A DNA stretch of 37,970 nt from an uncultured Catenibacterium sp. (GTDB lineage Bacteria; Bacillota_I; Bacilli_A; Erysipelotrichales; Coprobacillaceae): positions 1-37,970 of the forward strand of contig NZ_CAAFOM010000126.1 in NCBI RefSeq assembly GCF_900764565.1, given 5' to 3'. The position numbers and the translations under genes were made by a program. Position 1 is the stretch's first letter. The number at the start of each line of letters is the position of its first letter. Positions 33,487-37,970 of this stretch are shown one piece after another. The notes under the pieces were generated by a model. That model saw nothing but the letters and a program-made list of their open reading frames with translations, ran no database searches and had not been told where the DNA came from.

Positions 33487-34212
33487 ATGTACAATTTAGC
33501 AATTATTGATGATGATGAAACATTTTTAAACATATTAAAGGATAAGTTAACACATATATTATTTGATATCGATATGGATTATCAGATGCAAGCTTATAAC
33601 GGACCGATGGATTTTTTAAAGGCAATTGAAAGCAAACATTATGACATTATTTTGTTAGATATAGATATGCCAGAACTTGATGGTATTTCTTTAGCAAAAC
33701 AACTACGTACCATTCAACATCCTCCAATTATTATTTTTGTGACTTCAAAAGAAAAATATATGAAAAGTGCATTTGGATTAAATGTATTTTCATTTCTTGT
33801 TAAAGAGAATATTGATACTGAATTAGAAACAATTGTAACAGAATGCATTCAATATATTGATAATAATAATAAAAGCATTATTTTAAAAATAGATGAAGGA
33901 CTTCAACATCTACATTTAGACGATATCATTTGTATCTATAGTGAGGATAGAAAAATCAAATTGATTACAATTTTTAAAACGTTTCAGGTTTATCAAGAGA
34001 CATTGACTAGTTTAGAATCAAAAATAAACAGTCCTCATTTTATCTGCCCAAACAGGGGAAGTATAGTTAATTTGAAATATGTATCAAATACAAGTAAAGG
34101 ATGTATTACCTTTGAATACTCAGATCATATTGAGTATATTAGCAGAGATAAAATGAAGAGTTTTGACAAAAAGTTAATGGAATATATTCTCAAACAGAGG
34201 ATTTACAAATGA
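33487..34212 (+). CDS. LytTR-family response regulator (AgrA-like)
   Basis: IIDDD, LLDIDMP, IFVTS, FLVK receiver domain; LytTR region F..PNRGSIVNLKYV..ISR. Confidence 0.9.
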   Translation: MYNLAIIDDDETFLNILKDKLTHILFDIDMDYQMQAYNGPMDFLKAIESKHYDIILLDIDMPELDGISLAKQLRTIQHPPIIIFVTSKEKYMKSAFGLNVFSFLVKENIDTELETIVTECIQYIDNNNKSIILKIDEGLQHLHLDDIICIYSEDRKIKLITIFKTFQVYQETLTSLESKINSPHFICPNRGSIVNLKYVSNTSKGCITFEYSDHIEYISRDKMKSFDKKLMEYILKQRIYK

Positions 34213-35489
34213 TTTCTAGTTTAATGTTATTGATAATGTCTTTTGCAGATATCCTTATTCCTTATTTGATAATGTGTTTTTTCACAGAAGATTACTTCAG
34301 TCAAAAAAAGATTATTGTTGTATATACGTTATCAGTTTTATTGAATATTTTACATTGGTATTTTTTAGTCATACAATTAAGCGTATTAATTATGTACATT
34401 GTCCTAAACAAAGAAAGGTTACTACAGTATCACATTAAGCCCATCTACATCATATTATTGTTTGTTATGATTCACGTATTGACTGGGTATGTTTGTCATT
34501 TGATTATTTCTGTTATTGTAAAGGTCCCATTTACGTTCGAAGATATATTCAGTTTAAATGGTTATTCGAATGCTATTTATGAACTAATACTCTGCTTATT
34601 CCTATTTACAATTGTTAGTATGAAGATAGTGAATAGTAAAATGCAGGAGACAAAAAATAAATTATATATGATGGTATTTGGAGTTGGTATCGGGTTGTGT
34701 GTATTATTAATTCAAAACCATTTGAAAAATACCATTCCTTCTACAATTATATATTCTTGCTTGATAGGTGTATTTTTATACTTATCATTTGTAATATTTT
34801 CTTTTTTCAAAGAAAACTTAAACACAAAAATAGAAAATGAAAAGATCAATGAGCAATATAAACTTAATGCCTTTAAATTACAAAGCTTATTAGAAAAGGA
34901 ACAGTACTTTGAAGAACTCCAGAAATATAAGCATGATATAAAAAATAATTTACTGACACTATTGTATTTATACGAAAATGAAGAGTACATAACAGCAAAA
35001 AACTATCTAGAACAATTGGTAGGTAAACTTGATTATACGAATGAATGTCTTCAATTAAGTGATCATTTGATTATTAATGCAATATTGAATGACAAAATTA
35101 GAAAGAATACCCATATAAAGTTTAATATAAGGTGTAAATGTTCGGATAGTTTATTTATTGAAGATGTAGATTTAAATATGTTGTTATCTAATGCTCTAGA
35201 TAATGCAATAGAGTATTTGAATTCTCATTATCTGTTAGATAAATATATTGATGTTAATGTTATTGAACATCAGAATATATTGGTAGTTTCAGTGAAGAAC
35301 CCCACATATCAAGATTTCAAATATGATAGTAATATGGGTACAACAAAAAAAGATAAGTTAAATCATGGATATGGGTTATCTATCATTAAAAACATAGTCA
35401 ACCGCTATGATGGTAATGTAGAATTTGAAAGTTCGAATAATACGTTTAGCGTAAATATTTTATTGAAGGGAGATACACCAATATGTTAG
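34209..35489 (+). CDS. AgrC-like membrane histidine kinase (GHKL)
   Basis: About 6-7 TM segments, KYKHDIKN H-box, LLSNALDNAIE N-box, TTK..NHGYGL G-box. ATGA overlap with the regulator. Confidence 0.9.
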   Translation: MISSLMLLIMSFADILIPYLIMCFFTEDYFSQKKIIVVYTLSVLLNILHWYFLVIQLSVLIMYIVLNKERLLQYHIKPIYIILLFVMIHVLTGYVCHLIISVIVKVPFTFEDIFSLNGYSNAIYELILCLFLFTIVSMKIVNSKMQETKNKLYMMVFGVGIGLCVLLIQNHLKNTIPSTIIYSCLIGVFLYLSFVIFSFFKENLNTKIENEKINEQYKLNAFKLQSLLEKEQYFEELQKYKHDIKNNLLTLLYLYENEEYITAKNYLEQLVGKLDYTNECLQLSDHLIINAILNDKIRKNTHIKFNIRCKCSDSLFIEDVDLNMLLSNALDNAIEYLNSHYLLDKYIDVNVIEHQNILVVSVKNPTYQDFKYDSNMGTTKKDKLNHGYGLSIIKNIVNRYDGNVEFESSNNTFSVNILLKGDTPIC

Positions 35490-35797
35490 TCATAACAAGA
35501 CGTAGTAGTTTCTATGATAAATTCCGATCATATACTATTTATGTTAATGGAGAAAAATATGCAAAGATAGGGAACAATTCAAAAACAGAAATTGATCTTC
35601 CTGCAGGAGAGTATGAAATTTATCTTTCGATTGATTGGTGTAAGAGCAACAAGTTAAGTATTAACATTCAAGAAAATCAGAATATATATTTAGAATGTTA
35701 TCCTCGTAAGAAAGGGAAATCTCCTTTAAAAAATATTTTTTCATTTCTAAATAATGCAGATGATTATATTGTATTGGATTGGGATATAACGATTTAG
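35483..35797 (+). CDS. Hypothetical 104-aa soluble beta-rich protein
   Basis: Overlaps the kinase stop and has RBS GAAGGGAG. Sequence YTIYVNGEK..IGN..IDLPAGEYEI..IDWC looks like a small beta-sandwich. Confidence 0.7.
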   Translation: MLVITRRSSFYDKFRSYTIYVNGEKYAKIGNNSKTEIDLPAGEYEIYLSIDWCKSNKLSINIQENQNIYLECYPRKKGKSPLKNIFSFLNNADDYIVLDWDITI

Positions 35798-35857
35798 ACA
35801 ATGAAATCAACTATTCAAACAACGACATATATTGCAGCCTGACCTTTGAAGTATAAT
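35796..35857 (+). promoter_or_regulatory. Candidate LytTR-activated promoter
   Basis: Imperfect direct repeat AGACAATGAAAT (35796) / AAACAACGACAT (35817), 21-bp period, just upstream of a poor -35; TATAAT at 35852-35857. Confidence 0.4.
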
Positions 35858-35876
35858 TTTGACGAAAGGAGAAATT

Positions 35877-36473
35877 ATGCTGATGAAGAAGGTTATTGTA
35901 AGCGTATTATCTTTATTATGTGCAATGTTTTCTATTGGTTCTGTTTCAGCATGTGACTTTAATAACAGCACTGTCATATCTGAAATTAGATTAGGAGAAA
36001 AAGAAAAAGAAATATTAAATCAATATAATAGAGTCTTTCTTGAAACTGGGTTTATAAAGGAGTTTCAATTAGAAAATTCTTCTATGATTTGTAAAGGTGA
36101 TTTAATAGCAAAGATGCAAGAGTATTCATTTGAAGCTCAAGATCAAACATTTATAAAAAAAGTTATTGATTATTCTGCCAATAGAAATAACCAAGTTAAC
36201 ATTAATCCGAATTTTAGAGTCAAAGTAAAAAATGGGAATATTTATCTGACTAATAAAGAAGTTAAAAAGTACTTTGGCAATGCTCTATCTTTAGGTCCTG
36301 TTGCGATTGTTGGTGCATTGACGGCATTAGGGAGTGCAGGAGGACCAGTGGGAACTGTAATTACGTTTATAGTTAGTACATTAGGAGCTAACTATATAGC
36401 GACAGTAGTAAAAAAAGCTTACAGAGCCAATAAGGGATTAAAAATTGGTTTTGATGGAATAAGTGTACATTAA
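35877..36473 (+). CDS. Secreted hypothetical protein with Gly/Ala-rich hydrophobic C-terminal domain (bacteriocin-like)
   Basis: RBS AAAGGAG, signal peptide MKKVIVSVLSLLCAMFSIGSVSA, C-terminal LGPVAIVGALTALGSAGGPVGTVITFIVSTLG followed by a basic tail. Confidence 0.75.
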   Translation: MLMKKVIVSVLSLLCAMFSIGSVSACDFNNSTVISEIRLGEKEKEILNQYNRVFLETGFIKEFQLENSSMICKGDLIAKMQEYSFEAQDQTFIKKVIDYSANRNNQVNINPNFRVKVKNGNIYLTNKEVKKYFGNALSLGPVAIVGALTALGSAGGPVGTVITFIVSTLGANYIATVVKKAYRANKGLKIGFDGISVH

Positions 36474-37053
36474 TGATAAAGAATACAGGAGAATATTAAG
36501 TATAGCTCCTTTTTTTGCAAATGGGTGGTGATTTTTCGCTTATTTACTATGTTTAGAGCTCATATAATAATCGGTAATATTAAAAGTAGTATTACTGGGA
36601 TATATCATGGAATGACTAAAAGAGAGACGCCTTTATTTCTGAATGGACAGGAGAATAGATTTAACCATAGAAATATGGGAAAGACTGTTATGGATAAAAT
36701 CAAGAAATACCTACAGAAATCATTTACTATCAGTCATAGACAGATAGTATATATCCTGAATATTTCTGCTCTACATTTCTCTTAAATCGTCACCTGTTGA
36801 TTATGGGTATTCAAATGGTAGTTTATTATCTTGAAAAATTGTATTGGCAAAGAGATCAACCCCATAATGTTAGTGGTATGCCTTTCCACTGCTAATTTCC
36901 AATAAAATATAGCAAAATGTTAGAAACCTAAAGATTTCTTGATAAAATTTTCTCATAGAAAATAAATGATATCATTTAAAAAGAGAAATCTTTTAAAAGG
37001 AGATGATTATTCAAAAAAAGCCTATTCATGTAATCTTAAAGGAGGGAAATTTT

Positions 37054-37284
37054 ATGAAGAATAAGTCAGAGAAAATTTATCACTTTTTGTCTTTTGTATG
37101 TTCGGTAGCACTCGCAGCATATATAATTTTGTCTCTTCATCATTTAACAGAGAGTGCTTCTTATATGTCTGGTGCTACTTACAAATTTCTTTTTGGTGCA
37201 GAATTTGTTCTATTAATCATAGTATTTATAAGAATTTTCTGGGAATTCAGAAAATTGAAAGAAGTAGGAAAAGGGAATAATTAA
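37054..37284 (+). CDS. Small two-TM membrane protein (76 aa)
   Basis: RBS AAGGAGG at 37039-37045, two hydrophobic helices, basic tail; TAATG coupling to the next gene. Confidence 0.7.
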   Translation: MKNKSEKIYHFLSFVCSVALAAYIILSLHHLTESASYMSGATYKFLFGAEFVLLIIVFIRIFWEFRKLKEVGKGNN

Positions 37285-37877
37285 TGAAAATTTTAAAATT
37301 TATAATTTCAATCGTTTTAACTGTTTCAATCATATCGCCTAATATAAACTTTGCATTTGCAGAAGATTCTAACGTTGTTTTTGATGGTGAATTTTATAAA
37401 ATCACCGAAATTGATAATGATTATCAAGTCCTTGATAAAGAAAATAACAAGACAGTTGATTTGATTGCTGAAAACGGGAAAATTTCAAAAATAAAATTTG
37501 ATGATGGAACAGTTGTAACCCCATCACAGCAAAATACAACAACACCTGTTAAACGTATAGGGGTACCTATTCCAAAAGGTGTTGATCCATCAAGACTTAC
37601 TTATCATTATCTTGATACAATTTATAGTGACACTTACAAGAATTCTAATTATAAATCTTTTTGGCTTGCAATAGCAGGTGCAGTTCCGCCTTTATCATTA
37701 GCAGTAACAATTGTTTCATTTCTTGACAGTGTCCGTTCTTTAAATGACAACAAAGTTGTATATTTTAAGACAAAGCGCTATTATGCAGATGGCTACATGT
37801 ACTATAAATACGTAACATATGCGTATAAGGATAGTAGCAGAAAAAAATTTATAAAGAAAAACGCTCTTTTTAAGTAA
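37284..37877 (+). CDS. Secreted hypothetical protein
   Basis: Signal peptide ending AFA|ED, acidic N-domain, Tyr/Lys-rich C-domain with hydrophobic stretch FWLAIAGAVPPLSLAVTIVSFL. Confidence 0.75.
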   Translation: MKILKFIISIVLTVSIISPNINFAFAEDSNVVFDGEFYKITEIDNDYQVLDKENNKTVDLIAENGKISKIKFDDGTVVTPSQQNTTTPVKRIGVPIPKGVDPSRLTYHYLDTIYSDTYKNSNYKSFWLAIAGAVPPLSLAVTIVSFLDSVRSLNDNKVVYFKTKRYYADGYMYYKYVTYAYKDSSRKKFIKKNALFK

Positions 37878-37970
37878 ATTGTTGCTTTAGGTTATCTTAT
37901 TCAGCAAAAATCCCATAACGATACTCGTAATATGCTTCCTTTAGTGAAATAGGCATAGGTGTAGCTCTTA

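Noticed and set aside
35877..35980. N-terminus (..SVSAC..) as an AgrD-like autoinducer peptide
   Set aside because: The ORF continues for about 200 aa, lacks the AgrD acidic/Pro tail, and no agrB is present.
36525..36785. 86-aa ORF as a functional gene
   Set aside because: GTG start without RBS and no coherent domain; at best a remnant.

Overview
Chromosomal segment of a low-GC Gram-positive (Bacillota) bacterium. Gene content and protein style suggest a gut Erysipelotrichales/Coprobacillaceae-like organism (inference only). Positions 1-33380 are mostly a conserved backbone: Cof-type HAD, a TetM/EF-G-like GTPase fused to a YacP/Rae1-type NYN nuclease domain, csoR-copA, yybS-gdpP-rplI-dnaB, tdk, prfA-prmC, tilS-hpt-ftsH-hslO, dusB and lysS. 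Accessory blocks interrupt it: a membrane 4Fe-4S protein flanked by two related putative small RNAs, an AmmeMemoRadiSam pair, and a beta-glucoside cluster (IIC-only PTS, GH1, ROK, RDD, two RpiR regulators). lysS has a clear T-box leader with a Lys specifier. After the lysS terminator the DNA is visibly more AT-rich and encodes an AgrA/AgrC-like LytTR/GHKL pair without agrB/agrD in view, followed by secreted hypothetical proteins with bacteriocin-like hydrophobic C-termini. Main leads: the twin UUCCCUUCC-motif sRNA candidates, the GTPase-NYN fusion, a 30-aa membrane peptide ORF between ftsH and hslO that is missing from the ORF track, and the LytTR-linked secreted-protein island.
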